Of a stretch of DNA of 64,000 bases, positions 9,627 to 19,135 are shown one piece after another. The position numbers were made by a program, and so were the translations under genes. The stretch lies in NCBI GenBank assembly GCA_022561875.1, contig JADFQJ010000010.1, positions 3,235 to 67,234 of the forward strand. Reading direction: 5' to 3'. How positions within the stretch are numbered: position 1 is the first letter of the stretch; every line of letters begins with the position of its first letter. The DNA comes from Bacteroidota bacterium (GTDB lineage Bacteria; Bacteroidota; Bacteroidia; Bacteroidales; VadinHA17). The notes beneath the pieces are model-generated. The model worked only from the letters and a program-made list of their open reading frames with translations, had not been told where the DNA came from and ran no database searches.

Positions 9627-10871
9627 TTAATCAAACCGTATTGCTTTAACAGGAGTGATTTTAGTAACCAGGTGGGATGGAATAATAAGCATCAGGAATG
9701 TGAGGAGAAGGGTTCCGGTATTCAGCAATAAAATGTAGGAAATTTCAAGATTTATTGGTACAGTCGCCAGGTAATAAGAAGCTTCATCCAACTTAACAAA
9801 ACCGGTTTTTTGTTGGATTAATGCAAGACCGATTCCAATCAGGTTCCCCCACAATAATCCTTTGGAAATCAGGAAAGCAGACTGGTAGAGAAAAATTTTC
9901 CTGATACTCAGATTATTACTCCCAATTGCTTTAAGGATACCGATCATATTGGTGCGTTCAAGGATAAGGATAAGCAGACTGGAAACCATATTAAAGCCTG
10001 TCACCAGCAACATCAGCGTCAGGATAATCCATACATTTGTGTCCTGTAAATTAAGCCAGTCGAATATTTGAGGATATTTCTGAACAATATTCGTGGTTAT
10101 CAGACGGGCGCCTTCCTCATCAAGGTTTACTCCCACCGTTCTCATTACTTCATATGTCATATAATCGAGGTCGTTGAAATTTTCGATACTAATTTCAAAC
10201 CCGCTTACCTGGTCATCATTCCAATCGTTAAGTTTCCGGATGTGGCCGATATCGGCCAGCACGAATATCTCATCGAATTCTTCCAGACTGGTGTTATAAA
10301 TCCCGGATATAGTAAATTTCCTCATTCGCGGCGGATCCTGGATAAAATACATGATAAAGGAATCGCCGGTTTTAAGCTTCAGAAGATCGGCAATATATTT
10401 TGATATCATAACTTTGTTAGTCCTGGCTGAATCAGTTACCTGGAATATTTCTCCTTCTGTCAGGTTACTCCTGAAAAAGGTCCAATCAAAATCGCTTCCA
10501 ATCCCCTTTAATACAACTCCTTGTATCTCTTCCTCTGTTTTAATAATCCCTGCTTTTGTTGCGAAAACCTGGATGTTTTTTATCCCTGGTTTGTTTTTCA
10601 GAATGTCGTAAAATTCCTGTTTGCCGGAAACAGGAACCGTTTCATATGAAATATTGCTGTCGTAGTTCAGTATCTGGATATGAGACCCGAAACCAATGAT
10701 TTTCCCTCTGATCTCGTTCTTAAAGCCTGTAACAATTGCAGTAGACACGATCATTACGGCAAGCCCAAGAGCAATCCCCAGGATGGCAATAAAAATGATC
10801 GGCCGTGATATACGGTTATCACCTTTTTGGTCGGAAACCAGTCTTCTTGCTATGAATAATTCGGTGTTCAC
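9627..10871 (-). CDS. LolC/LolE-family (FtsX-like) ABC transporter permease
   Basis: 414 aa. It begins MNTELFIARRL with an N-terminal TM (IIFIAILGIALGLAVMIVS), followed by a large periplasmic loop and three C-terminal TMs. It ends TPVKAIRFD. Confidence 0.8.
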   Translation of the reverse strand: MNTELFIARRLVSDQKGDNRISRPIIFIAILGIALGLAVMIVSTAIVTGFKNEIRGKIIGFGSHIQILNYDSNISYETVPVSGKQEFYDILKNKPGIKNIQVFATKAGIIKTEEEIQGVVLKGIGSDFDWTFFRSNLTEGEIFQVTDSARTNKVMISKYIADLLKLKTGDSFIMYFIQDPPRMRKFTISGIYNTSLEEFDEIFVLADIGHIRKLNDWNDDQVSGFEISIENFNDLDYMTYEVMRTVGVNLDEEGARLITTNIVQKYPQIFDWLNLQDTNVWIILTLMLLVTGFNMVSSLLILILERTNMIGILKAIGSNNLSIRKIFLYQSAFLISKGLLWGNLIGIGLALIQQKTGFVKLDEASYYLATVPINLEISYILLLNTGTLLLTFLMLIIPSHLVTKITPVKAIRFD

Positions 10872-11244
10872 TTTGATAATTTGGTAAGCAAAGGTACTAA
10901 AAAGTCAGCAGTCAACAGTCAACAGTCGACAGTCAGCATTTACTCTTGCAATGAGATATTTATCATGTTAGTAAGAAATTTCCTAAAGACGAACTTTACT
11001 TTTTGACCACTCAGATAAGAGAATACTCAAGATATGTTTGTTCAAATCCTTATTCACATGATTCAAAATCCTGAAAAGTATAAATAGCACAGTCTTTAGA
11101 TTGCCGACTGAAGATTGCCGACTTAAAGATGCAAAGTATAATGAGATTAGCTATTTTTGGCATTTAAAACTTAAGACACTGAATAGTTACCTTATCATTA
11201 GTGATTATGTATATTTATTCTTTTTTTATTGTAAAATATTTTCG

Positions 11245-12435
11245 ATGAAAAATAGAAACGATATTATTATAAGAGTATTTGCAGTAATGCTTTTTGTTAT
11301 TATGTGGCAGGGTATTTTAACAGGTCAGGTTATTACAGGTGCTGCCCGTACAGGGGAATATCTTCCTTTGCTCAGTGGGAAAAAAGTTGCTGTTGTAGCC
11401 AATCACACATCAATGATTTGGGAAACACACTTGGTAGATAGTCTTTTATCCCTTGGAGTTGATATTAAGAAAATTTTTAGTCCGGAGCATGGATTTGGTG
11501 GTACTGCTGATGCCGGTGAACATCTTGAAGACTACCTGGATAAACAAACAGGATTGCCTGTTATTTCATTGTATGGCAGTCACAGGAAACCTGTTGATAA
11601 GGATATGGAAGGGTTGGATGTTGTGCTGTTTGACATCCAGGATATCGGAGTAAGGTTTTACACTTATATTTCTACCATGCATTATGTGATGGAAGCCTGT
11701 GCTGAAAACAAGGTGGATTTCATAGTGCTTGACAGACCCAATCCTAATGGATTTTATGTGGATGGCCCGGCGCTTGATACTGCCTGGCGATCGTTTGTTG
11801 GTATGCATCCGGTGCCGGTGGTTCATGGAATGACGGTTGCCGAATATGCACGGATGATTAATGGCGAAGGATGGCTGAAAGACAGCTTAACCTGCAACCT
11901 GAAATATGTGAAATGTGAAAATTACACACATAAAACTTATTATGAATTGCCGGTAAAACCTTCGCCCAATCTTCCTGACCTCCGGTCTGTGTATCTTTAT
12001 CCCTCATTATGTTTTTTTGAAGGGACCTGTATGAGTGTCGGACGAGGGACCGATTTACCTTTTCAGATCTTCGGGCATCCTGATTATCCTGACACCGGTT
12101 CCTCTTTTACACCCCGTAGTATTGAAGGGGCAGCTACCAATCCGAAGTACATTGGAGAAATCTGTAATGGTGTGGACCTTTCACATATCCCGTTCGAATT
12201 CGTGCGCGATAACCGCCGGTTGGTGCTCGATTGGCTCATAGATGCATACAATAGCATGGAGAATAAGGAAGACTTCTTTAACGCATACTTCGATAAGCTT
12301 GCAGGCAGCAGTGATTTACGGGAACAAGTCATCGCCGGGAAGAATAAGTGGGTTATTCGTGCATCCTGGAAAAAAGATATTGAAGCCTTCAAGATTATCA
12401 GGAAAAAGTACCTGCTTTATAAGGATTTTGAATAG
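11245..12435 (+). CDS. DUF1343 family protein (NamZ-like exo-beta-N-acetylmuramidase)
   Basis: The track start at 11101 reads through the repeat-filled spacer. ATG 11245 gives the signal/anchor MKNRNDIIIRVFAVMLFVIMW. Family hallmarks are VVANHTS, ISLYGSHRKP, DVVLFDIQDIGVRFYTYISTM and VLDRPNP. Confidence 0.8.
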   Translation: MKNRNDIIIRVFAVMLFVIMWQGILTGQVITGAARTGEYLPLLSGKKVAVVANHTSMIWETHLVDSLLSLGVDIKKIFSPEHGFGGTADAGEHLEDYLDKQTGLPVISLYGSHRKPVDKDMEGLDVVLFDIQDIGVRFYTYISTMHYVMEACAENKVDFIVLDRPNPNGFYVDGPALDTAWRSFVGMHPVPVVHGMTVAEYARMINGEGWLKDSLTCNLKYVKCENYTHKTYYELPVKPSPNLPDLRSVYLYPSLCFFEGTCMSVGRGTDLPFQIFGHPDYPDTGSSFTPRSIEGAATNPKYIGEICNGVDLSHIPFEFVRDNRRLVLDWLIDAYNSMENKEDFFNAYFDKLAGSSDLREQVIAGKNKWVIRASWKKDIEAFKIIRKKYLLYKDFE

Positions 12436-12494
12436 TTCAACGATCCTATCAGATTGGTGATTAGTATATGTTAGAACGAATCAGGAGGTTTGTT

Positions 12495-13694
12495 TTATAG
12501 TGTCCTTCCCGGGTAAACCTTCAGCGCCTCTTCCAGAGCTTTCATGGCCATTACAAGGTCATCCTTTTTCAGAACGTAAGCAATACGAACCTCTTGCCTG
12601 CCTAAGCCGGGGGTGGCATAAAAGCCGGAAGCCGGGGCAAGCATTACAGTGGAGTTATTGTATTCAAAATCACTGAGAAGCCATTGTGCAAATTTATCGG
12701 CGTCATCCACAGGAAGGTGAGTAATGGTATAGAAAGCGCCTCCAGGCATGGGACATTTTACTCCTTCCATTTTGTTTAATGCTTCAACCATGAAGTTGCG
12801 GCGTTCAATGTATTCGTTATAAACTTCCTCAAAATATTCGTCGGGTGTGTCAAGGGCTGCTTCACCAACGATCTGCCCTAACGCGGGAGGACAGAGCCGT
12901 GCCTGTGCAAACTTGATAGCCGAATCCATAATCTCCTTGTTTTTGGTTACCATAGCGCCAATCCTAACTCCGCAGGAACTGTAGCGCTTGGAAATCGAAT
13001 CAATCATTACTACATTTTGCTCAATTCCATCGAGATGCATAGCCGAAAAATGTTCATTTCCATCGTAGCAGAATTCACGGTAAACTTCATCTGAAAATAG
13101 ATACAGATCATGTTTCTTTACAATATCCCTTAGTTTTTCCAGTTCATTGAGAGAGTAAAAATAGCCTGTAGGATTGTTGGGATTACAGATGATGATCCCC
13201 TTTGTTTTAGGAGTTATTTTCTTTTCAAATTCCTTCATAGGAGGAAGCGCAAACCCGTTTTCAATAGTGGAGGTTACAGGTTTTACCTTGATCCCTGCGG
13301 CAATTGCAAATCCGTTGTAATTAGCATAAAACGGTTCTGATATAATAATTTCGTCTCCCGGGTCAAAGCAAACCATCATAGCAAATGCAATAGCTTCCGA
13401 GCCACCGGTTGTGATCATTAATTCATTGTGGTCCACATTGATACCAATGTTCCGATAATATTTAGCCAGCTTTATGCGGTAAGATTCATTTCCGGCAGAA
13501 TGACTGTATTCTATAATTGTGAGATCCATATTCCGCACTGCATCGAGTGCTACTTTGGGAGTAGGAATATCAGGCTGTCCAATGTTTAGATGATAAACCT
13601 TTCGTCCTTTTCGTTTGGCTTCTTCAGCATAGGGTGTAAGCTTTCTGATAGGTGAGGCAGGCATTAATTTTCCTTTTTCTGAAATAGCTGGCAT
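12495..13694 (-). CDS. PLP-dependent aminotransferase, class I/II (aspartate/aromatic type)
   Basis: 399 aa. Motifs are HLNIGQPD, IICNPNNPTG, and SISKRYSSCGVRIG carrying the PLP lysine. Confidence 0.85.
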   Translation of the reverse strand: MPAISEKGKLMPASPIRKLTPYAEEAKRKGRKVYHLNIGQPDIPTPKVALDAVRNMDLTIIEYSHSAGNESYRIKLAKYYRNIGINVDHNELMITTGGSEAIAFAMMVCFDPGDEIIISEPFYANYNGFAIAAGIKVKPVTSTIENGFALPPMKEFEKKITPKTKGIIICNPNNPTGYFYSLNELEKLRDIVKKHDLYLFSDEVYREFCYDGNEHFSAMHLDGIEQNVVMIDSISKRYSSCGVRIGAMVTKNKEIMDSAIKFAQARLCPPALGQIVGEAALDTPDEYFEEVYNEYIERRNFMVEALNKMEGVKCPMPGGAFYTITHLPVDDADKFAQWLLSDFEYNNSTVMLAPASGFYATPGLGRQEVRIAYVLKKDDLVMAMKALEEALKVYPGRTL

Positions 13695-13846
13695 TGTGAT
13701 GTCTTTTAATATTAATAAACCGGTTTTGTAAAATGATACTGTAAATTTAACTGGAATATTTCAATATTACTATGTTATACAATATTTCACGGTTGCTCAT
13801 AATATAATCGATGGAGGATAAGGGACTGAAAAGCGGATAAAATTTA

Positions 13847-13854
13847 TATTTTTG
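13847..13854 (+). promoter_or_regulatory. Candidate -7 box (TATTTTTG) upstream of valS
   Basis: Fits TAnnTTTG and is the only such box in the 295-bp spacer. It lies 136 nt upstream of ATG 13990, so the implied leader is long. Confidence 0.3.
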
Positions 13855-13989
13855 CATCAAGAAAGGGAAGAAGGGAATGGAGGGATTAAAGGGAATAGAT
13901 GGAATAGAGAAAAAAAATAGTTTATCCAGCACCCAGCACCCAGTAACCAGTAGCATTTAGCATATAACTTTATAACTTTTTACTTATTT

Positions 13990-16620
13990 ATGAATATTCC
14001 TTCAAAATACAACCCGGCATCAACAGAGGCAAAATGGTATCAATACTGGATGGAAAACGGCTTTTTTCATTCTGAGCCTGACGAAAGAGAACCTTACACA
14101 ATAGTAATACCACCTCCGAATGTTACAGGAGTTTTGCATATGGGGCATATGCTTAACAATACTATTCAGGATATATTAATCCGGCGTGCAAGGATGCTGG
14201 GTAAAAATGCTTTATGGGTGCCTGGAACTGATCATGCATCTATTGCTACGGAAGCAAGGGTTGTGGCAAAGTTAAGAGAAAAAGGGATAAAGAAATCAGA
14301 TCTTTCACGGGATAAATTCCTGGAACATGTCTGGGAATGGCGTAATGAACATGGGGGTATTATTTTGGAGCAATTGAAAAAGCTGGGAGCTTCGTGCGAC
14401 TGGAACCGTACCAAATTCACTATGGATGATGATATGTATGAAAGTGTTATCGATGTTTTTATCGATCTGTTCAGGAAAGGATTTATTTATCGTGGGAAAA
14501 GAATGGTTAACTGGGATCCCCAGGCGAAGACTGCCATTTCTGATGAGGAGGTGATATATAAGGAAGTTGACTCGAAATTGTATTATTTCAAGTACAGGAT
14601 CGATGGAGAAGATAAATGGCTTACCATTGCCACAACACGGCCGGAAACGATACTTGGCGATACGGCAGTTTGTATTCATCCCGGCGATAAACGATATAAA
14701 GATCTGCATGGAAAGAAGATACTTATACCTTTAGTAAACCGTTCTGTTCCAATAATCACAGATGAATATGTTGATCCTGAGTTTGGTACAGGTGCTCTGA
14801 AGATCACCCCTGCACATGATGAGAATGATTATGCAATTGGAATGAAACACGGACTTGAAACTATTGATATTTTTAATGATGACGGGACACTGAATGAAAA
14901 TGCGCAACTTTTTATTGGTGAAGATCGCTTTAAGGTTAGAGACAAGATAACGAAGAAACTGGATGATGAAGGTCATCTTGTTAAGGTTGAGGATTATGTG
15001 AATAAAGTGGGATATTCTGAGAGGACCGATGTACCGATCGAATCCAGACTTTCATTACAATGGTTCCTGAGGATGAAGGAGCTGGCGCAGCCGGCACTGG
15101 AACATGTGATGAATGACGATGTTAAGATATATCCCGGGAAATTCAAAAACACCTATCGGTACTGGATGGAAAATGTGAGGGACTGGTGCATATCAAGGCA
15201 GCTATGGTGGGGTCAACGAATACCCGCTTACTATATTACAGGTGAGGATACTTTTGTGGTTGCAAAAACCCGTGAAGAGGCGCTGGTTATGGCAATGGAA
15301 AAAACCGGCAACACCGGTTTGAAAGATAGTGATCTGAAACAGGATGAAGATGTATTGGATACCTGGTTCTCATCATGGTTATGGCCCATTTCGGTTTTTG
15401 ACGGTATCAGGAATCCGGATAATAAAGATATCAGGTATTATTATCCGACGAACGATCTGGTTACTGCGCCGGAGATACTGTTTTTCTGGGTTGCCAGGAT
15501 GATAATTGCCGGGTATGAATATTTGGATGAGAAGCCCTTCCACAATGTTTACCTTACAGGCATAGTGCGTGATAAGATGGGCAGGAAGATGTCAAAGTCG
15601 CTGGGTAACTCGCCCGATCCGTTGGAACTGATAAAGAAATATGGCGCCGACGGTGTCAGGGTTGGAATGCTTCTTTGTTCACCAGCCGGGGGTGACCTGC
15701 TGTTTGAGGAGAGCCTGCCAGTGCAGGGGAGGAATTTCTGTAACAAAATATGGAATGCATTCAGGCTTGTAAAAAATTGGAAGATTAGTAAGGATCTGGA
15801 GCAACCTGAAGCATCGGCTAAAGCTATCCAGTGGTTTGATGGAAAACTGAATGAAGCTTTGCAAACTTTGGAAAGACAATTTAAACAGTACCGTTTATCT
15901 GAAGCATTGATGACAGTTTATAAACTTTTCTGGGATGAATTTGCCTCATGGTACCTGGAGATAATCAAACCTTCTTACAAACAACCGATTGATAGTAAAA
16001 CGTTTGAAGCTACAACTGGTTTCTTTGAAAAACTATTAAAGATACTGCACCCTTTTATTCCGTTTATTACCGAGGAGATATGGCAATTTATCAGGGACAG
16101 GAAAGATGGAGAAAGCATAATGGTATCAAAAATGCCCGGGGCATCATCATACGACAAGTCGCTTGTTAGCAGGTTTGAAAAAACCAAAGAGACTGTTAGT
16201 GCAGTGAGAACAATCAGGAAGGAAAAGAATATTCCTGTTAAAGACCCCCTGACTCTGCTGGTTCGGGAAAATGAAAAAAAATATGATAACCGTTTTGGTA
16301 TGGTGCTGAAAAAGCTGACTAACCTGTCAGACATTCAATTTGTTGACGAAAAGCCCAAAGGTGTGGCCTCTTTTATAGTAAAAACAACAGAATATTTTAT
16401 TCCACTGGGAGACAAAGTGAATGTAGAAGAAGAGCTTGAAAAACTCAGGAAGGAACTTGATTATTCAAAAGGCTTCCTGGATACGGTTATGAAAAAACTC
16501 AACAACGCCCATTTTATTCGGAATGCGCCGGAGAAGGTGGTAAATATGGAAAAGACCAAGAAAGCGGACGCTGAATTGAAGATCAAAACACTGAAGAAGA
16601 GGATTGCAGAATTAAAATAA
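13990..16620 (+). CDS. valS: Valine--tRNA ligase
   Basis: 876 aa. Class-I motifs are VLHMGHMLN (HIGH) and [10 protein letters not shown] (KMSKS). It has a C-terminal coiled coil. Confidence 0.97.
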   Translation: MNIPSKYNPASTEAKWYQYWMENGFFHSEPDEREPYTIVIPPPNVTGVLHMGHMLNNTIQDILIRRARMLGKNALWVPGTDHASIATEARVVAKLREKGIKKSDLSRDKFLEHVWEWRNEHGGIILEQLKKLGASCDWNRTKFTMDDDMYESVIDVFIDLFRKGFIYRGKRMVNWDPQAKTAISDEEVIYKEVDSKLYYFKYRIDGEDKWLTIATTRPETILGDTAVCIHPGDKRYKDLHGKKILIPLVNRSVPIITDEYVDPEFGTGALKITPAHDENDYAIGMKHGLETIDIFNDDGTLNENAQLFIGEDRFKVRDKITKKLDDEGHLVKVEDYVNKVGYSERTDVPIESRLSLQWFLRMKELAQPALEHVMNDDVKIYPGKFKNTYRYWMENVRDWCISRQLWWGQRIPAYYITGEDTFVVAKTREEALVMAMEKTGNTGLKDSDLKQDEDVLDTWFSSWLWPISVFDGIRNPDNKDIRYYYPTNDLVTAPEILFFWVARMIIAGYEYLDEKPFHNVYLTGIVRDKMGRKMSKSLGNSPDPLELIKKYGADGVRVGMLLCSPAGGDLLFEESLPVQGRNFCNKIWNAFRLVKNWKISKDLEQPEASAKAIQWFDGKLNEALQTLERQFKQYRLSEALMTVYKLFWDEFASWYLEIIKPSYKQPIDSKTFEATTGFFEKLLKILHPFIPFITEEIWQFIRDRKDGESIMVSKMPGASSYDKSLVSRFEKTKETVSAVRTIRKEKNIPVKDPLTLLVRENEKKYDNRFGMVLKKLTNLSDIQFVDEKPKGVASFIVKTTEYFIPLGDKVNVEEELEKLRKELDYSKGFLDTVMKKLNNAHFIRNAPEKVVNMEKTKKADAELKIKTLKKRIAELK

Positions 16621-16824
16621 TATTGTTAAGAAAGAAACAGAGATTGTGCTCAATCCTAATGAACTTGTACGGTTTATCAAAAAAAACACGGAAGCGGTTT
16701 ACATATTCATATGATGCTTGAAAAGGCTGATGAGCTTTATGTGGGCGTGAATATATTTGAGAAGAAGAACTCCATAAATTGATATTAAAATATATTCATT
16801 GCATGTAGGAGTTTATAGACAAAC

Positions 16825-17466
16825 TTAGGGTGCCAGGCGATGGATCTGCCAGCGCATATTTTTCTTCTCGTACAAAATACGGTCATTCAAACGGTTTTCG
16901 CGGCCCTGCCAAAATTCTATTCTTCCTGGTTTAAGAATATAGCCGCCCCAATCAAGCGGTCGGGGTATTTCTTTGCCGGCAAATTGCTTTTTTTGTTCTT
17001 CATAAAGATTTTCAAGGTATTCACGGTTGGGTATTTTCCGGCTTTGCAACATAATCCAGGCGCCTAATTTTCTCCCTTTTGTTCTGGTACTGAAATAATT
17101 ATCTGATGTTTTGCTATCCACTTTTTTAATATATCCTTCAATTCGCACTTGTCTTTCCACTTCAGGCCAATAGAAACTCAGCGCCCCATAGTGATTGAGC
17201 AATATCTGCTTTCCCTTCCAGCTTTTATAGCTTGAATAAAAGATAAATCCTTCATCATTAAGCTCTCGTAACAACACAATCCTGGATGACAGTTTACCAT
17301 CAGGAGTTGCAGTTGCCAATGTCATGGCAGTTGGCTCCATAACTTGACTACTGATGGCTTCATCCAGCCATTTTCCGAATTGTACAATCGGATTAGGATT
17401 GATATCTTTTTTTCGAAGTTTACCTAATTTGTACTCTTGTATACCGGATTCAAACTCTTTTATCAT
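16825..17466 (-). CDS. pdxH: Pyridoxamine 5'-phosphate oxidase
   Basis: 213 aa. It shows the FMN-binding split-barrel pattern and the C-terminal IEFWQGRENRLNDRILY...HRLAP. Confidence 0.9.
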   Translation of the reverse strand: MIKEFESGIQEYKLGKLRKKDINPNPIVQFGKWLDEAISSQVMEPTAMTLATATPDGKLSSRIVLLRELNDEGFIFYSSYKSWKGKQILLNHYGALSFYWPEVERQVRIEGYIKKVDSKTSDNYFSTRTKGRKLGAWIMLQSRKIPNREYLENLYEEQKKQFAGKEIPRPLDWGGYILKPGRIEFWQGRENRLNDRILYEKKNMRWQIHRLAP

Positions 17467-17513
17467 GAATTTAGATTTGAACGTGAAAATCCACCATTAA
17501 TTATTTTCAATTT

Positions 17514-18365
17514 TCAAATTTTACTAAAAGCTTTAAGGCTCATATCCAAACTATGTATCTGGTGGGTTAAGGCACCAACTGAAATAAAATCCACTCCACA
17601 TTCGGCGTAATCCAGGACAGTTTCGAGTGTAATTCCCCCGGACGATTCCGTTTCAAATTTCCCATTGATCAGTTCAACAGCTTTACGGGTATCATTTAAG
17701 GTAAAGTTATCAAGCATTATCCTGTTTATTTCACCGGTTTTAAGTATTTCCCTGATCTCATCCAGGTTCCGGGCTTCAATTTCAATACTGAGATCTTTCC
17801 CGACACTTTTCAGGTATGCGTGTGTTGAATTAATGGCTTCCCTGATCCCTCCGGCAAAATCGATATGGTTATCTTTAAGCATGATCATATCGTAGAGGCC
17901 CATTCTGTGGTTCTCACCGCCTCCGGTTTTTACAGCAGCTTTTTCAAAAACCCGGAGGCCGGGAGTTGTCTTCCGTGTGTCAAGAATTCTGGTTTTTAAT
18001 CCTTCCAGTTTCCTTACATATTTATTTGTTGTAGTGGCTATCCCGCTCATCCGTTGCATGAAGTTTAAAACAAGTCTCTCGGATTGAAGTATAGAAAGGA
18101 CCTTTCCGGAAACAACAAACGCAACGTCTCCGTTTTTTACTTTTGCACCATCTTTCAATAACAGTTCCAGTTCAAGCTCCGGGTCGATCTGGTGAAATAC
18201 CATTTGTGCCACGTTAATCCCGGCAACAATCCCATGGTCTTTTATTAACAGACGTGCTTGTCCATTTACATTATCAGGGATACATGAAAGGGAGGTGTGG
18301 TCGCCATCGCCTGCATCTTCGGTAATAGCTAATTTTATTAGTTCACTCAGGTTTCTTGAGTTCAT
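17514..18365 (-). CDS. nadC: Nicotinate-nucleotide pyrophosphorylase (carboxylating)
   Basis: 283 aa. Motifs are ILDTRKTTPGLR, GGGENHR and IMLKDNH. Confidence 0.92.
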   Translation of the reverse strand: MNSRNLSELIKLAITEDAGDGDHTSLSCIPDNVNGQARLLIKDHGIVAGINVAQMVFHQIDPELELELLLKDGAKVKNGDVAFVVSGKVLSILQSERLVLNFMQRMSGIATTTNKYVRKLEGLKTRILDTRKTTPGLRVFEKAAVKTGGGENHRMGLYDMIMLKDNHIDFAGGIREAINSTHAYLKSVGKDLSIEIEARNLDEIREILKTGEINRIMLDNFTLNDTRKAVELINGKFETESSGGITLETVLDYAECGVDFISVGALTHQIHSLDMSLKAFSKI

Positions 18366-18762
18366 GTTCCTTTTCTATTCTGAGTTGGTGGATCAACAGG
18401 TTTCCTTCTTTGGTTTTTAAAAGGAAATAAACCCGGAAGGTTACATTATCTGTCGAAAGTTCAGCAATGGCATACTTAGCATCTTTTTTCCCTCCATGGT
18501 GAAGAATGATAAACTTATTCGGGAGATAGTTTTTAAAAAAATCCTTCAATATTCTTTCAGCCTGGGTTTTACTATAAAGATCTTCATGCTGAAGGACTAC
18601 AAGTTCGATATTCGAATTGAAGTATTTTGCCAATTCATGCGAATTGCCTGCCTTGAAGGCAAGCGAAATCCCTTCGGGGATACCCTGAGGGCTCGAATGG
18701 GTTAAAATAACAGGACCGGCAAGTAAAATTAACAATATTAATATTTTGCGAAATCCGATCAT
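18343..18762 (-). CDS. DUF4783 domain protein
   Basis: The internal ATG at 18762 gives the signal peptide MIGFRKILILLILLAGPVIL. The body (FKAGNSHELAKYF...YSKTQAERILKDFF...YAIAELST) matches the DUF4783 pattern, which is commonly found beside nadC in Bacteroidota. It overlaps nadC by 23 nt. Confidence 0.7.
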   Translation of the reverse strand: MIGFRKILILLILLAGPVILTHSSPQGIPEGISLAFKAGNSHELAKYFNSNIELVVLQHEDLYSKTQAERILKDFFKNYLPNKFIILHHGGKKDAKYAIAELSTDNVTFRVYFLLKTKEGNLLIHQLRIEKEHELKKPE

Positions 18763-18925
18763 TTTGATTAATCTTAAAATGTATTTGATCTGATGCAAAA
18801 AATGCACCATTCAGTTTTCTGCAAGTTAGTAAAATTCGGACAAAGTTATAAATGTTATTCGATCAATGAAAATAATGTTGCTGCAAGCAGGCAATACCAG
18901 ACAGGATTTCGTTGAGCAAAAAGGA

Positions 18926-18998
18926 TTAATTAACTCAAGTTGCTAGTTGCTCGTTACTAGTTACTGGTTAATATACTATAATTCAATTGTTTATAAAA
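18926..18998. repeat. Dispersed 66/73-bp repeat, copy 1 (five heptads)
   Basis: Aligns with 49877-49942 in the same orientation, with 3 mismatches and one 7-bp indel (TAGTTAC). The core is a tandem array: AGTTGCT AGTTGCT CGTTACT AGTTACT GGTTAAT. Confidence 0.9.
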
Positions 18999-19077
18999 AA
19001 TGTAATAATTGTTCACATAATTATTATTTTTAAAATGTGTTCAAGAACTTGCTAACGCTCGGTTGTAATTATTATAT

Positions 19078-19085
19078 TAATTTTG
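19078..19085 (+). promoter_or_regulatory. -7 box (TAATTTTG) for the histidine kinase gene
   Basis: Fits TAnnTTTG and lies 51 nt upstream of ATG 19136. Confidence 0.35.
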
Positions 19086-19135
19086 ACTTTTAATACGAGA
19101 AAAATTATTAAAATGATATAACACGGTATAGATCA

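Noticed and set aside
11101-11244. A 48-codon extension at the 5' end of the DUF1343 ORF
   Set aside because: It begins with a TTG inside the GATTGCCGACTGAA tandem array and encodes low-complexity sequence. ATG 11245 gives a proper signal/anchor.
13747-13956. A 69-aa minus-strand ORF (…FSIPSIPFNPSIPFFPF…)
   Set aside because: Its periodic peptide is simply the translation of the purine-rich and CCAGCAC heptad arrays. It is not coding.
16621-16824. Short peptide-like frames (IVLNPNELVRFIKKNTEAV, MMLEKADELYVGVNIFEKK) in the valS-pdxH spacer as another gene remnant
   Set aside because: I cannot match them to any family from memory and each is interrupted after about 23 codons, so I leave them uncalled.
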